In this document: positions 36,568 to 47,018 of the stretch, piece by piece | Position numbering within the stretch: position 1 is the stretch's first letter | Layout: the number at the start of each line of letters is the position of its first letter | IMG/VR virus record: IMGVR_UViG_3300019889_000013 | Location: 508 to 64,507 of that record | From: a virus | Taxonomy: Duplodnaviria; Caudoviricetes | Strand: one strand, 5' to 3' | Length of the DNA: 64,000 nt | Position numbers and translations under genes: made by a program | The notes under the pieces: generated by a model | The model's database searches: none | What the model saw: the letters and a program-made list of their open reading frames with translations, nothing else | Told to the model about the DNA's origin: nothing

Positions 36568-37551
36568 ATGACCGACACACCGACGACACCGGCCGCCCCG
36601 GCGGCAACCGTACCGCAGGAAAAGACCGAAGCCGAGATTTGGGCCGAACTCGACGCCGCCGAAAAGGCAGGCGAGAAGCCCGACGAAAAACTCCCGGACG
36701 ACTCTGAATTTGCGGAAAATCCTGAAAGTGGTAATGATACGCCAGTTGACGGAGCCGCTCCTGCGCAGAAGCCCGCACCGCAACAGCAAGACCCCGATGT
36801 CTGGGCAGACGCGCCGCCGGAACTGAAGGCCGCACACGATGCACAGGTAAAGGCACTCGAAACCGCGACGACGGATCACGCCCGCCGATCTATAGAGGGC
36901 CGGATTGCTTCGTACAGCCGCAGGTTAAGGGAACGGAATGAGGCTGCTGCGCGGCAGCCTTCTCCCGCCCAACAAGAGGCCGCCGACCCGCTCGCGGAGT
37001 TAGCCGCCGAATATCCAGAGATCGCGACGCCGCTTCAGAAGAAGCTCGCGCCGATTGCGGAAAAACTTTCACAGTTCGACACCCATCTGAAGAGCCGCCA
37101 AGAGGCCGCCGATCAGGAGATGGACACAGAACTCAAGGCCAACGAGGACATGCTTGAAGCCAAGCATCCGGGTTGGGATGCGTACTTGAAGGAACATGGA
37201 GCCGCGTTCGGGGCATGGATTGTCGACCAGCCGCTTTATCTTCGCCAAGCCTTCGTCACCAATCAGGAAGCGATCATCGATCCGTACAGCGCGATTGAGA
37301 CTCTGGCTGCATTCAAGGATTTCGTTGCGTCGAACCAAGAACCGGCGCAGCAGGAGGAGAAGCCCCCTGTCGTGCCACAAACGCAAAGGCTCAACCCGCG
37401 ACGCGCGGCACAACTGGCAGGCTCGGCATCTCCGCACTCGGCAGGCACCCGGCCCACCGTGAGCGGCATCCCGCAGGATGGTGACCCGGAGCAAATCTGG
37501 AAAGCCTTCGCGGAAACTGACCCGGACGAAAAGAAGTATCGCAGCGCATGA
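36568..37551 (+). CDS. capsid scaffolding protein
   Basis: Acidic, helical, HPGW motif; directly upstream of the MCP. Confidence 0.7.
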   Translation: MTDTPTTPAAPAATVPQEKTEAEIWAELDAAEKAGEKPDEKLPDDSEFAENPESGNDTPVDGAAPAQKPAPQQQDPDVWADAPPELKAAHDAQVKALETATTDHARRSIEGRIASYSRRLRERNEAAARQPSPAQQEAADPLAELAAEYPEIATPLQKKLAPIAEKLSQFDTHLKSRQEAADQEMDTELKANEDMLEAKHPGWDAYLKEHGAAFGAWIVDQPLYLRQAFVTNQEAIIDPYSAIETLAAFKDFVASNQEPAQQEEKPPVVPQTQRLNPRRAAQLAGSASPHSAGTRPTVSGIPQDGDPEQIWKAFAETDPDEKKYRSA

Positions 37552-37582
37552 GGGGTTGAGCGGTCGATGAAGGACCGCTCCA

Positions 37583-38581
37583 ATGACCATCACAGCTTAT
37601 GCCGATGGCGGTGTATCACCCCGCACAAATGTCTACGCGGAACGGCAGATGCTCAAGCATGCCAAGCCAGTCATGGTCTTGGAAAAGCTTGGCCTCACCA
37701 AGCCGATGCCGAAGAACAAGACGGACACCATCAAGTTCCGGCGTCCGCGTGTCTTCACCGCAGCCACCACGCCGCTGGTCGAAGGCGTCACCCCGACCGA
37801 AACGCAGTTCTCCTACGAGGACGTCTCGGCGACCCTGCGCCAGTATGGTCAGGTCGTCATCGTCACCGACAAGATCGAAGACCTGCATGAAGACCCGGTG
37901 CTCAACGACGCATCGGTGCAGGCCGGTGAAAACATCGGGCGCACCATCGAGGCGCTGAACTACGGAATTGTCAGGGCGGGCACCAGCGTGTACTACGCCA
38001 ACGGCACCCAGCGCACCGACGTCAACACCCCGATCACCCTTGGCAAGCAGCGCGCCGTGCTGCGTTCGCTCAAGGCTCTGAAGGCGCAGAAGATCACCCG
38101 TTCGCTGTCACCGTCTTCGGACTATGGCACGCGGGCGGTGGAAGCCGCCTATGTCGCCGTCGCCCACACCGACGTCGAATCCGACATCCGCAATCTCCCC
38201 GGCTTCAAGACGGTGGCCGAATACGGCACCCGTTCGCCGATCTCCGACTACGAGATCGGTTCGGTCGAGGATGTGCGCTATGTCCTGTCGCCGGACCTTA
38301 ACCCGTTCCTCAATGCCGGTGGGACACCCGGCACGATGGTATCGACGGGTGGCACCAATGCCGACGTCTACCCGATCATCTACTTCGGTCAGGATAGCTG
38401 GGGCATGGTGGCGCTGCGCGGCCAAGGTGCGGTTTCTCCCACGATTATTCCGGTTGGACAAAAGACCAAGGATGATCCGCTCGGCCAGCGCGGCTATGTC
38501 GGCTGGAAGACGTGGCACGCCGCCCTGATCCTCAATCAGGCGTGGATGTCACGGCTGGAAGTTGCAGTCTCGGCACTCTGA
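37583..38581 (+). CDS. major capsid protein (N4-gp56 family)
   Basis: SPRT..YA...ML.HA.P..VLEK.G...PMPKNK..TIKFRR, L.EGVTP, D.HEDPVL, DPLGQRGYVGWK.W. Confidence 0.92.
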   Translation: MTITAYADGGVSPRTNVYAERQMLKHAKPVMVLEKLGLTKPMPKNKTDTIKFRRPRVFTAATTPLVEGVTPTETQFSYEDVSATLRQYGQVVIVTDKIEDLHEDPVLNDASVQAGENIGRTIEALNYGIVRAGTSVYYANGTQRTDVNTPITLGKQRAVLRSLKALKAQKITRSLSPSSDYGTRAVEAAYVAVAHTDVESDIRNLPGFKTVAEYGTRSPISDYEIGSVEDVRYVLSPDLNPFLNAGGTPGTMVSTGGTNADVYPIIYFGQDSWGMVALRGQGAVSPTIIPVGQKTKDDPLGQRGYVGWKTWHAALILNQAWMSRLEVAVSAL

Positions 38582-38588
38582 GCGGACT

Positions 38589-38616
38589 GGCGGCGGGCCA
38601 TCTGCCGCCCTTTTTT
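38589..38616 (+). terminator. rho-independent terminator after the MCP
   Basis: ggcggcgg..tctgccgcc stem plus T6. Confidence 0.8.
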
Positions 38617-38640
38617 CAACCGAATAAAGGAGCCTTCACA

Positions 38641-39204
38641 ATGGCGAAGGGCAATATCAGGACAGGCATCACCGTAGGAAACGGCGCTGCCATCAACGTC
38701 GAACTGGGCTGGATTCCAACTCACGTTCAAGTCTTCAACGCAACGGACGGCACGCTGATCACCGCTGCCTTCCTAAGCTGGGTACTTCCGTTCTCGGGCG
38801 GCGGCACGGCAGTGATTGCACCGGGCTCGGCCGTCCGGGGGGTAACCTCACGCGCCACGGCCACGGTCAGGGATGTGCTGCTCTATTCCGGCAGCTTCGC
38901 TGGCGGTGACGCGGCAGGCTTCCTCGTCCTCGATGAGGGGTCGCTGGTCGGCACCTTCGCGGGCGAGAACATCGTCGTCACCAACCTCGCATCCGGCATG
39001 CTTGGCACCGACGACGCCACCGTGACCGCCAACATCACCCACAACATCGCCGTCGCGGCGGCAGCGGCACCGGCAACCGGCACATCGGCGATCTCCCGCT
39101 ACGAAGGGGTGGCAGCGAGCGCTTCGCAAGGCTTCACCATCGGCTCGGTGCTCGCCGTCGAGGCCAAGGTGTTGCGCTATCTCGCTGTCCGCGATGACGC
39201 ATAA
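38641..39204 (+). CDS. putative capsid decoration/virion protein
   Basis: G.G.AINVELGW.P..V...N.TDG; position after the MCP. Confidence 0.6.
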   Translation: MAKGNIRTGITVGNGAAINVELGWIPTHVQVFNATDGTLITAAFLSWVLPFSGGGTAVIAPGSAVRGVTSRATATVRDVLLYSGSFAGGDAAGFLVLDEGSLVGTFAGENIVVTNLASGMLGTDDATVTANITHNIAVAAAAAPATGTSAISRYEGVAASASQGFTIGSVLAVEAKVLRYLAVRDDA

Positions 39205-39215
39205 GGAGAACGCAC

Positions 39216-39725
39216 ATGCCCTACACCTCTGCACTTGACGCTGCTGCTACACGGCGGGCGATCTCGATGGGCGACGACACCGCCCTCGAACGCTACCTGC
39301 GCGAAGGCGGCAACAACCCGGTGGTCGCGGCGACCGGGGCAACCGGCTTCCTGTCCGGCAGCGGCACCACCATCATGAACCGGGCGGCCGGGGTGACGTT
39401 GACCCTGCCACCGGCGCGCGGCTCGCAGGAACGCTACCATGTCGTTGTCCAGACCACGTTCTCGGGCGGGTCCGGCATCATCAAGGTGGCGAACGCCGCC
39501 GATTCGATGATCGGCAACGTGATCATGTCGACGGACACCTTGGCCGCCGGTTCGATGCAGGCCCCACCGGCAGACTCCGACACCATCACCATGAACGGCA
39601 CCACCACCGGCGGCGCGGCTGGTTCCCAGCTAACGCTGATCGACGTTGCCGCCAACACATGGATGGTCGAGGGTGTCCTCGTCTGCGTCGGCTCGGCGGC
39701 GACACCGTTCTCGAATGGTGTCTGA
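39216..39725 (+). CDS. putative virion protein
   Basis: NRAAG.T.TLP.A.GS...Y......IKVANA.D...G...SDTITMNGTTTGG..G....DVA.N.W. Confidence 0.65.
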   Translation: MPYTSALDAAATRRAISMGDDTALERYLREGGNNPVVAATGATGFLSGSGTTIMNRAAGVTLTLPPARGSQERYHVVVQTTFSGGSGIIKVANAADSMIGNVIMSTDTLAAGSMQAPPADSDTITMNGTTTGGAAGSQLTLIDVAANTWMVEGVLVCVGSAATPFSNGV

Positions 39726-39733
39726 TCCTTAAA

Positions 39734-39760
39734 GACCGGGCGGGTCATCCCTGCCCGGTC
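39734..39760 (+). terminator. GC-rich hairpin
   Basis: gaccgggc...gcccggtc stem, no clear U-run. Confidence 0.45.
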
Positions 39761-39788
39761 CATCCCCTCGAACCAAGGACCAAACGTC

Positions 39789-40208
39789 ATGGCCGGAAAG
39801 AAACCCGAAAACATCAAGTCCACCTCGCCTGCCGACTACAAGGGCACCGACAAGGACGTCGACAACTCGACCCCTGACCCGGACAAGGGGTCGCAGCAAC
39901 CATTGCCCGACCAGCCGCAGCAGCAGCAACCGGAGTTTATGAAAGCTCCTGATCCGGCACCTCCTCCTCAAACGCCTGCTCCCGAACACGTCCCTAATGA
40001 CGCAGCAGCCGCCAAGGAGAAGGCAGCAGGGGAGTCAGCCAAAACTCCCGCTGGCTCCCCCAAAATCACCATCGAAGGGGAAGGCCAATGCGTCATCCAC
40101 GTCGATGGAGCCGTGCAATACCTTGAGCGCGGAAAGTCAATCAAGGTAGACGACGCGACACTGGCCGCTCTCGATGCCGCTGCTGTCCCGTACAAGAAGG
40201 GTAAGTGA
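39789..40208 (+). CDS. Pro/Gln-rich hypothetical protein
   Basis: 139-aa ORF, AAGGA RBS. Confidence 0.6.
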   Translation: MAGKKPENIKSTSPADYKGTDKDVDNSTPDPDKGSQQPLPDQPQQQQPEFMKAPDPAPPPQTPAPEHVPNDAAAAKEKAAGESAKTPAGSPKITIEGEGQCVIHVDGAVQYLERGKSIKVDDATLAALDAAAVPYKKGK

Positions 40209-40210
40209 GC

Positions 40211-40780
40211 ATGGCCAAGAAACAGATACCAATCGATCTGATGAGCGCGACGGCGCTGTCCGATCACGTCGTCGCCAACATGGGGCTCGACGTCAATCCG
40301 CGCATGGGGGTTTCCGGGATCAGGGCGAAGATGGCGCAGGCCGGGTTCCCGACCGAGTTTGTCGAGATCGATGACGGCAGGGAGGACGAGCCGATCAAGC
40401 GCGTCGAGCCGCCCCGGACCCGCCATATCGAGGGCAAGCGCAGCGTCCAGTTGCGCATCGAGCCGCAGGAAAAACCCGGCGGCAACGAGCCGGTGTTCAC
40501 GTCGGTCAACGGCGTCAACATCCTGATCCCGCGCGCCACGACGTGCTGGGTCGACTACAAGTATTACCACGCGCTCCAGAATGCCGTGGCGCACATCGCC
40601 GAAGTCGATCAGGACTCCAACATCACCGGCTATCGCAAGGTGCCGGAATACCCGGTGTCGGCGTTCGTGGTCGAGCCGCCGCTGACCAAGGAGGAGAAGA
40701 AGCGCGGCGAGGAAATCGAGGCGGAGAAGATCAGGCTGGCGGCTGAACGGGCAGAAGAAGAACGGGAAGATGCGGCATGA
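40211..40780 (+). CDS. conserved podovirus head-tail region protein
   Basis: EKPGG.EPVF.SVNG....IPR....V...Y..AL.NAV. Confidence 0.7.
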   Translation: MAKKQIPIDLMSATALSDHVVANMGLDVNPRMGVSGIRAKMAQAGFPTEFVEIDDGREDEPIKRVEPPRTRHIEGKRSVQLRIEPQEKPGGNEPVFTSVNGVNILIPRATTCWVDYKYYHALQNAVAHIAEVDQDSNITGYRKVPEYPVSAFVVEPPLTKEEKKRGEEIEAEKIRLAAERAEEEREDAA

Positions 40781-41487
40781 ATTTCCTCCAACTGGTGCAG
40801 ATGACAGTCCAGCAATCCGGCACCATCCACGGCCTCAAGCCGACGACGGTGCTGAATCAGGTCGACCGTCTGAAACAGTTCGTGGATTTTGTCCGGGAAG
40901 CCTACGTCGACATCCAGAACGCGCACCGGATGTGGCGCTGGCTCAACAGCCGTTTCATCGGCCAGACCATAATCGGCGAGCGCTCCTATTCCGGCACCAG
41001 CTTTCTCGATGAACGCGACAACAGCGCGATCACCCGGTTTTCGCAGTGGGGGTTCAAGGGCGACATGTCCGACGCGGGGCTGTCGTCCTTCCTCACCTCG
41101 ACCGGCGCAGCGCAAGAGGGGCCGCTGCGCTTCCTCGATACCGACACCTTCTACCAGACGCAGACGCGCGGCGTGCAGACACCCGGCAAGCCGCAATTCT
41201 ACAGCATCGACCAGCAGGACCGGCTGGTGCTGTCGCCGATCCCGGACGCGGTCTACACGGTGCGCGGCAAGTACCGCAAAAGCGCGCAGTTCCTGACCGC
41301 CGACGCCGACATTCCCGAAATGCCGGTCGACTTCCACACCATCATCAAGGATGCGGCGCTGTCCTATATCGAGGGCTTTGACGAGGGGCCGCGCATTCCG
41401 GTCTACCGGCTGCGCATGCTGCCCAACTGGTCGATGCTCGAAGGGCACCAGCTTCCGCATATAACATGGGGAGCCCCGTTGGCCTGA
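40777..41487 (+). CDS. head-tail adaptor protein
   Basis: MNFLQL.Q...A..DIQ.....WRW...L.P.PD..YTV...Y......L..D.D.P.MP..FH..I. Confidence 0.8.
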   Translation: MNFLQLVQMTVQQSGTIHGLKPTTVLNQVDRLKQFVDFVREAYVDIQNAHRMWRWLNSRFIGQTIIGERSYSGTSFLDERDNSAITRFSQWGFKGDMSDAGLSSFLTSTGAAQEGPLRFLDTDTFYQTQTRGVQTPGKPQFYSIDQQDRLVLSPIPDAVYTVRGKYRKSAQFLTADADIPEMPVDFHTIIKDAALSYIEGFDEGPRIPVYRLRMLPNWSMLEGHQLPHITWGAPLA

Positions 41488-43358
41488 TGGCGCAGGAAAT
41501 CAAAACCACGATGATGGCAGGCGGCCTCGATCTGGTCACGCCGCCGATCTCGATGCCTGCCGGAAAAGCCATCTCCGCCAGCAACTACGAGCCCGACGTC
41601 GCGGGCTACACGTCGTTCGGCGGCTATGAGCGCTTCGACGGTTCGCCCCGGCCCTCCGATGCGTCCGACGCGGTCAATGCCGAATCACGGCGCGGTAACA
41701 TTCACCCGGTGCCCGGCAGCGGCCCGGTACGCGGCGTCTGGGTCTATGACAGCGACATCTATGCCTTTCGCGACCAGACCGAAGGGCTCAACTCGGCCGC
41801 TGGCATGTTCAAGGCCACCGGCGGCGGCTGGCTGGCGCAGGCGTTCGGCTATCTCATTCCCTTCGTTGCCGGGACCGACGACTTCGTCACCGGCGAATAC
41901 GTGGTCGGCGGAACCTCGCTGGCGACCGCCTTCATCGACCGGGTCATCCTGCGCGCTGGCAACTGGAGCGGCACCGCCGAAGGCTACCTGATCGTCTCCA
42001 AGCTCACCGGCACTTTCACCACCGAAACCATCAGCGGCACGTCCGGCGGCTCGGCGACCGGCCTCGCCGCGACACCGATGATCATCCAGCCGGGGGGGCA
42101 CTACGATTTCACCAACCACAATTTCTACGGCGCGTCCGACCGCGTGCGCATGTACTTCGCCAACGGCGTCGACACCGCCTATGAGTGGAACGGGTCCGTG
42201 CTGGCACCGATCCGCACCGGGCAGTCATCCGGTACCCTCGTCAATTACGTCGTGGCCGCCAATGGCGATTTCCTCCTCGCCTACAATGGCGATTCGATCA
42301 CGACGACGACGACCAGCGATGCGCCGACCTTCATCAGCCATTACAAGAACCACCTGTTCCTTGGCTATTCGGCGGGCTCCCTGATCAATTCCTCGCTGGG
42401 CGAACCGCTCGAATACATCACCACGACCGGCGCGGGCGAGATTGCCTTCGGTGAGCAGATCACCGGGCTCCTGACGGCGGCGGCCACCTCGCTGGTGATC
42501 TTCGGCCAGAACCGGCTCGAATATCTCACCGGCGATGATTCGACCACCTTCGTCATGAACCCGATCTCGGATGCCTCCGGGGCGCAGCCCTACACCGCGC
42601 AGATGATGGACGTGCCGGTGTTTCTCGATGACGCTGGCGTGAGATCGCTACCAACGACGGCGGCATTCGGCGATTGGCGCATGGGCTCGCTGACGCAGGC
42701 CATCGAGACGCTGATCCTGCAAAAGCGTGACAACGGCGTGACGCCGGTCGCCTCGATGCGGGTCAAGGGCAAGGACCAGTACAAGCTGTTCTGGAGCGAC
42801 GGCAGCGGCATCACCGTCTATATCGGCCGCAAGAACCCGGAAGTGCTGCCGTTCAAGATACCCGTGCAGGTGTTCTGCACCTGTCAGGGCGAAGTCACCA
42901 GCGGGCAGGGCGACCGGCTGTTCATGGGCTGCGAGGATGGTTTTGTCTACGAGATGAACCGGGGCACCTCCTTCGACGGTGCCGAAATTCCCAGCTATAT
43001 CCGGTTGCCGTTCACCCCGGCCGCGTCGCCGATGCAGCATACCCGCTGGATGAAGGCGAGCTACGAACTCTCGACACCCGACGCCATCACCATCGGTTTT
43101 GCCTTCGATGTCGACTACGCACGCGGCGACGGCGGCCTCAAGACGGATATCCCGGTCGATGCGGGCACTGCCATCGTCACCACCGACAACTGGCCGGACA
43201 TCGACTGGACGCAGGCGGTCGAGGGGCGGCTGGAGCATCACCTGTCCGGGATCGGTCCCAACATCGCGGCGACACTGGTCCACAACTCGGCGGTCGCCCG
43301 CCCGCATACGATCTCCTCGCAGACCTATAATTACTCCCGGCGCGGGCTGAAGAGGTAA
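41487..43358 (+). CDS. tail nozzle/stabilisation protein (tail tubular protein B-like)
   Basis: GGLDLVTP......G......NYE....GY....GYERFDG; VPGSGPVRGVW; beta-rich, follows the adaptor. Confidence 0.75.
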   Translation: MAQEIKTTMMAGGLDLVTPPISMPAGKAISASNYEPDVAGYTSFGGYERFDGSPRPSDASDAVNAESRRGNIHPVPGSGPVRGVWVYDSDIYAFRDQTEGLNSAAGMFKATGGGWLAQAFGYLIPFVAGTDDFVTGEYVVGGTSLATAFIDRVILRAGNWSGTAEGYLIVSKLTGTFTTETISGTSGGSATGLAATPMIIQPGGHYDFTNHNFYGASDRVRMYFANGVDTAYEWNGSVLAPIRTGQSSGTLVNYVVAANGDFLLAYNGDSITTTTTSDAPTFISHYKNHLFLGYSAGSLINSSLGEPLEYITTTGAGEIAFGEQITGLLTAAATSLVIFGQNRLEYLTGDDSTTFVMNPISDASGAQPYTAQMMDVPVFLDDAGVRSLPTTAAFGDWRMGSLTQAIETLILQKRDNGVTPVASMRVKGKDQYKLFWSDGSGITVYIGRKNPEVLPFKIPVQVFCTCQGEVTSGQGDRLFMGCEDGFVYEMNRGTSFDGAEIPSYIRLPFTPAASPMQHTRWMKASYELSTPDAITIGFAFDVDYARGDGGLKTDIPVDAGTAIVTTDNWPDIDWTQAVEGRLEHHLSGIGPNIAATLVHNSAVARPHTISSQTYNYSRRGLKR

Positions 43359-43362
43359 AGAC

Positions 43363-44886
43363 ATGGCCAATATGAACATCAACGACATGACCGACCTGTG
43401 GAACACGGGGGGCACGGTCTATTCGGCGATCAAGATGAACGTCACCAACGCCGCGTCGGCGGCGGCGTCGAAGCTCTTGCAATTGCAGGTGGGCGGCGTC
43501 GACAGGTTCACCGTCGACAAGAACGGCAACATCGTGGCGGCTGGCACCATCGCCACCATCGGCATCGTTACCAGCGGCGCATCGGTGCCATCGGCCGACG
43601 ATTCGGCCTCGCTCGGCACATCCGGCACCGGATGGTCTGACCTCTTCCTCTCCACCGGCGGCGTCGTCAACTTCGGTGCAGGCGACGTCACCATCACCCA
43701 CTCCGCCAACGCCTTGGCCTTCGCTGGCGCGTCCGGCGGGTATTCGTTCGATGCCGGGATCAGGCCAGCCGCCAATGACGGCGCGCAACTGGGCACGTCC
43801 GGCACGGCGTGGGGCGACCTGTTTCTCGCCACGGGCGGTGTCATCGATTTCGGCGCGGCGGACGTCACCATCAGCCATGCCGCCAATGCCTTGCTCTTCG
43901 GCGGGGCATCGAACGGCTACTCCTTCGATGCCACGATCAAGCCTGCTGCCAATGACGGTGCGGCGCTCGGGGTGTCGGGCACGGCGTGGTCCGATGCCTT
44001 CTTTGCCACCGGCGCAACCTTCAATTTCGCCAGTGCCGACGTCGTCATCACCCATTCGACCGGCTTCCTGACAGTTGCTCCCGGCGATCTCCGGGTGACG
44101 GCGGCAGGCACGAATGCCGCATCGGTGGTGACAGTCGGCGGCACCCAGACCCTGACCGCCAAGACATTGACCAACCCGGTGATCAACGGCGCGACGATCA
44201 ATTCATCGACTCTGGCTTCGCCGACGATCAGCGGCACCATAGGAGGCGGCATCAGTGTCGGCGGCGGCGTCGCCATGACCGGCAGCCTGACCTCCGCCGC
44301 TGGCAACGTCCAAGTCAACGATCTCTATTCCGTGCGCAACGCCGCGCCCTCCACCGGCGTGGTCTTCTTGGGCAACACCGGCCACTACCTGTTTTTCGAC
44401 GGGACGAACTATGCGCTGCCCGCCGGTTCCCTGTCCGTGGGAGGCAACATTACGGCGACAGGCGGCACGATCACCGTCTCGGGCACAGCCAACTACCTCA
44501 GCATGACCGACACTGACGCCGGGGCCACGCGCTACATCCACCACAACAGCGGTCTGATCGGCTTTCTTGGCTCGGGCGGCGGCTGGGCTTTGCGTACCGA
44601 GGATAGCGGCACCCTGTGGTCTGCCCAGTTCGGCGACTTCAACACCTACTGGGAAGGCCGCTGCACCGCGCACCAGAACGCGGCGGTCAATCGCTGCGTC
44701 ACCTCCACGCAGATGGCGGGCGAGACAGCGTTCAACCGATCCGGCAACACCGGCAAGTGGCAGAACAGCGGCTATGTCTTTACCGGCGTTCAAGGTACAT
44801 CATCCGGCGGCGACGCCACCTACTACGCGCGCCAGCCGCAGCGGTATATAGCCAACGCCGGATGGGCAGCAGCATTCCCGTTCTAG
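43363..44886 (+). CDS. tail fibre protein with three ~59-aa tandem repeats
   Basis: P.A.D.A.LG.SGT.W.D.F..TG....F...DV.I.H repeated three times (about 43580-44080); QTLT.KTLT.P motif. Confidence 0.8.
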   Translation: MANMNINDMTDLWNTGGTVYSAIKMNVTNAASAAASKLLQLQVGGVDRFTVDKNGNIVAAGTIATIGIVTSGASVPSADDSASLGTSGTGWSDLFLSTGGVVNFGAGDVTITHSANALAFAGASGGYSFDAGIRPAANDGAQLGTSGTAWGDLFLATGGVIDFGAADVTISHAANALLFGGASNGYSFDATIKPAANDGAALGVSGTAWSDAFFATGATFNFASADVVITHSTGFLTVAPGDLRVTAAGTNAASVVTVGGTQTLTAKTLTNPVINGATINSSTLASPTISGTIGGGISVGGGVAMTGSLTSAAGNVQVNDLYSVRNAAPSTGVVFLGNTGHYLFFDGTNYALPAGSLSVGGNITATGGTITVSGTANYLSMTDTDAGATRYIHHNSGLIGFLGSGGGWALRTEDSGTLWSAQFGDFNTYWEGRCTAHQNAAVNRCVTSTQMAGETAFNRSGNTGKWQNSGYVFTGVQGTSSGGDATYYARQPQRYIANAGWAAAFPF

Positions 44887-44895
44887 GAGAGAGAC

Positions 44896-45336
44896 ATGAA
44901 GGTCATCAGGAACTGGGGCAAGATGGTACCGATAGAAGTGATCGTGCCGCCGGTCGTGATGTCGAGCCCTCTTGGCCTTCCCGACGTGGTGATGGAACCC
45001 GGTTACAGATCGTTCATGCAGGGCAACGCCGATGGCGTCACTTGGTACAACCTGACCAAGGACATCCCGCTCAAGGACGACCAGTGGTTCATCGCGGTGC
45101 AGGACGGGGATGGATTCATCGCCTGCTGCGAGCGTGACCCGTCGATGGTGTCGCTGACCGGCTACGACATCATCCAGATCGAAACCGACCTGACCCGCGA
45201 CGAGATTTTTTGCCAGAAGTGGGCGGATGATGACGTGGTGCCGCCGCCAAAGGACGAACAGGTGATGGCGACGCCTTCGCCTGAAGACAAGATCGCACAA
45301 CTGGAGGCGCGGTTGGCCGCGTTGGAGAAAAAATGA
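44896..45336 (+). CDS. putative tail fibre assembly/chaperone protein
   Basis: Follows the fibre; DG..WY...D..G.I.....D.SM. Confidence 0.55.
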   Translation: MKVIRNWGKMVPIEVIVPPVVMSSPLGLPDVVMEPGYRSFMQGNADGVTWYNLTKDIPLKDDQWFIAVQDGDGFIACCERDPSMVSLTGYDIIQIETDLTRDEIFCQKWADDDVVPPPKDEQVMATPSPEDKIAQLEARLAALEKK

Positions 45337-45533
45337 CCCAGCAGGAACACATCGACCAGCTTATCCGCATCCATCTTGGCGACCTGATCGTCCAGATCGT
45401 CATGCTCAAGGCGCGGATCACCGAACTGGAGCATGAGGCGCAGGCTGCGCGGGACGCGCAAAACCTGACGCCAGAGATCATTCCAGAGAACAAGCCGAAC
45501 GGTCGGCATGAGAAGCGAGTCCAAGATGGCTGA
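45333..45533 (+). CDS. hypothetical protein
   Basis: IR...GDL..QI..L.A...ELE. Confidence 0.6.
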   Translation: MTQQEHIDQLIRIHLGDLIVQIVMLKARITELEHEAQAARDAQNLTPEIIPENKPNGRHEKRVQDG

Positions 45534-46500
45534 AAATCCCAATCCCTATCTCGATCCGGCCACGGGATTGCCGAAGACCGGCACCAGTGCGGCATGGCTC
45601 GGCACGCAGGCGCAAGTCGATGATTCGGTGGCCACCAAGGTCAACGACATCGCCTCGAAGGACAGTGCGCTCAACCAGATGGCGCGCACCGAAGGGTTGA
45701 AGGCGGCCAACCGGCGCGGCCTTCTTAACTCTTCGATGGCCATTGGCGAGAGCCAAGATGCTGTCTTGAAGAATGCGCTGCCGATTGCCAGTCAGGACGC
45801 GGCGCAGGCCTTTGCCAAGAATCAGTCGGCCAAGGCTTTCGAATACGGCATGACCGCGCAGGAGGGGCAACAGCAGTTCCAGAGCGGTGAACGGCTGGGT
45901 GGCGAGGCCTTCCAGACCGGCGAGAGGCTCGGCTCGGAAGTCTTCCAGCGCGGCGAGAACGTCGAGGCACGCGGCTGGCAGACGGCGGAAAACATTGCGC
46001 AGCGCGGCTTTGTCGGTTCGCAGGCCGACCTTGACCGCGACCTCCAGCAGACCTTGCAGACGGAGCAGATCGATGCCACGCAACAGGGGCAGATCAGGCA
46101 GATCGCTTCGGTCGAGGGCATCGAGGCGGCCAACCGGGCGCTGCAATCGGCCTTGCAGGAAAACGACATCAACTACCGCATGCGCGAGGGCGGGCTCGAC
46201 CGGGCCGCTGCCTTGCAGGCGCAGCAGAACGACATCTCCTTCCAGACCTCGCAGAATACGGCGACGCGCGATCTGCAACTGAAGATCGCCAACATGAACC
46301 TTGGCTCGACCGAACGGGCGGCGGCGTCGCAATTCGTGACCAACATGGAATCGATGTACCAGTCGAGCGTCCAGTCGATCATGGCCAACACGGCGCTCGA
46401 CGCCAAGACGCGGACAAGCCTCCTGACATCTTCGAAGAATCTCAGAGACACGCAACTCAATCTGGTAGAGCAGATGTACAACATCGACCTGAAGTGGTGA
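45526..46500 (+). CDS. internal virion (ejection) protein
   Basis: A.T.G...AN.RGLLNSSMA....Q.A....ALPIA.QDA; FQ.GER.G repeats. Confidence 0.75.
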   Translation: MAENPNPYLDPATGLPKTGTSAAWLGTQAQVDDSVATKVNDIASKDSALNQMARTEGLKAANRRGLLNSSMAIGESQDAVLKNALPIASQDAAQAFAKNQSAKAFEYGMTAQEGQQQFQSGERLGGEAFQTGERLGSEVFQRGENVEARGWQTAENIAQRGFVGSQADLDRDLQQTLQTEQIDATQQGQIRQIASVEGIEAANRALQSALQENDINYRMREGGLDRAAALQAQQNDISFQTSQNTATRDLQLKIANMNLGSTERAAASQFVTNMESMYQSSVQSIMANTALDAKTRTSLLTSSKNLRDTQLNLVEQMYNIDLKW

Positions 46501-46502
46501 CC

Positions 46503-47018
46503 ATGATCCGGGACATGAAATTCGCCGACATCCACGCCGTGACCCGCTTTCTCGAAGCCTGCCACGCCCGCACGCATTACGGCAAGGATGGCACGGCGAA
46601 CCTCGACATCGGCGAAACCAAGCGGCTCTTGGGCGCAGGACTCGGCCGTCATGGCCACAAGGGCATCGGCGCGTGCTGGGTGCAGGTGGTCGACAATGAC
46701 GGCCACATCGACGGGCTGATGTATGCGACACTGGCGCGGGTCTATTCGATCTACGACAAGCTCTATGCCACCGACCTGTTCTGGATCACCAGCAGCCATG
46801 CCCATCCGGGCGACGGGCTGGAACTGATGAAGAACATGCTGGACTGGGCGCGCGCCTGTCCGTTGGTGATCGAGGTACATATCGGCGCGACATCTGTCGT
46901 CATCGAACGGCCGGAAGTCACCAGCCGGTTGCTCAAGAAACTGGGATTGAAGAGCTACGGAATTATTCACCGGCTTGAATTTGGAGAAGAGAAATGTCTG
47001 GCCTCGTCAGCGGCATAA
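46503..47018 (+). CDS. GNAT-fold protein
   Basis: MIRD...DI......ATDLFW...GL.L.K....WA...G..RL.K.LG; typical position among podovirus ejection genes. Confidence 0.65.
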   Translation: MIRDMKFADIHAVTRFLEACHARTHYGKDGTANLDIGETKRLLGAGLGRHGHKGIGACWVQVVDNDGHIDGLMYATLARVYSIYDKLYATDLFWITSSHAHPGDGLELMKNMLDWARACPLVIEVHIGATSVVIERPEVTSRLLKKLGLKSYGIIHRLEFGEEKCLASSAA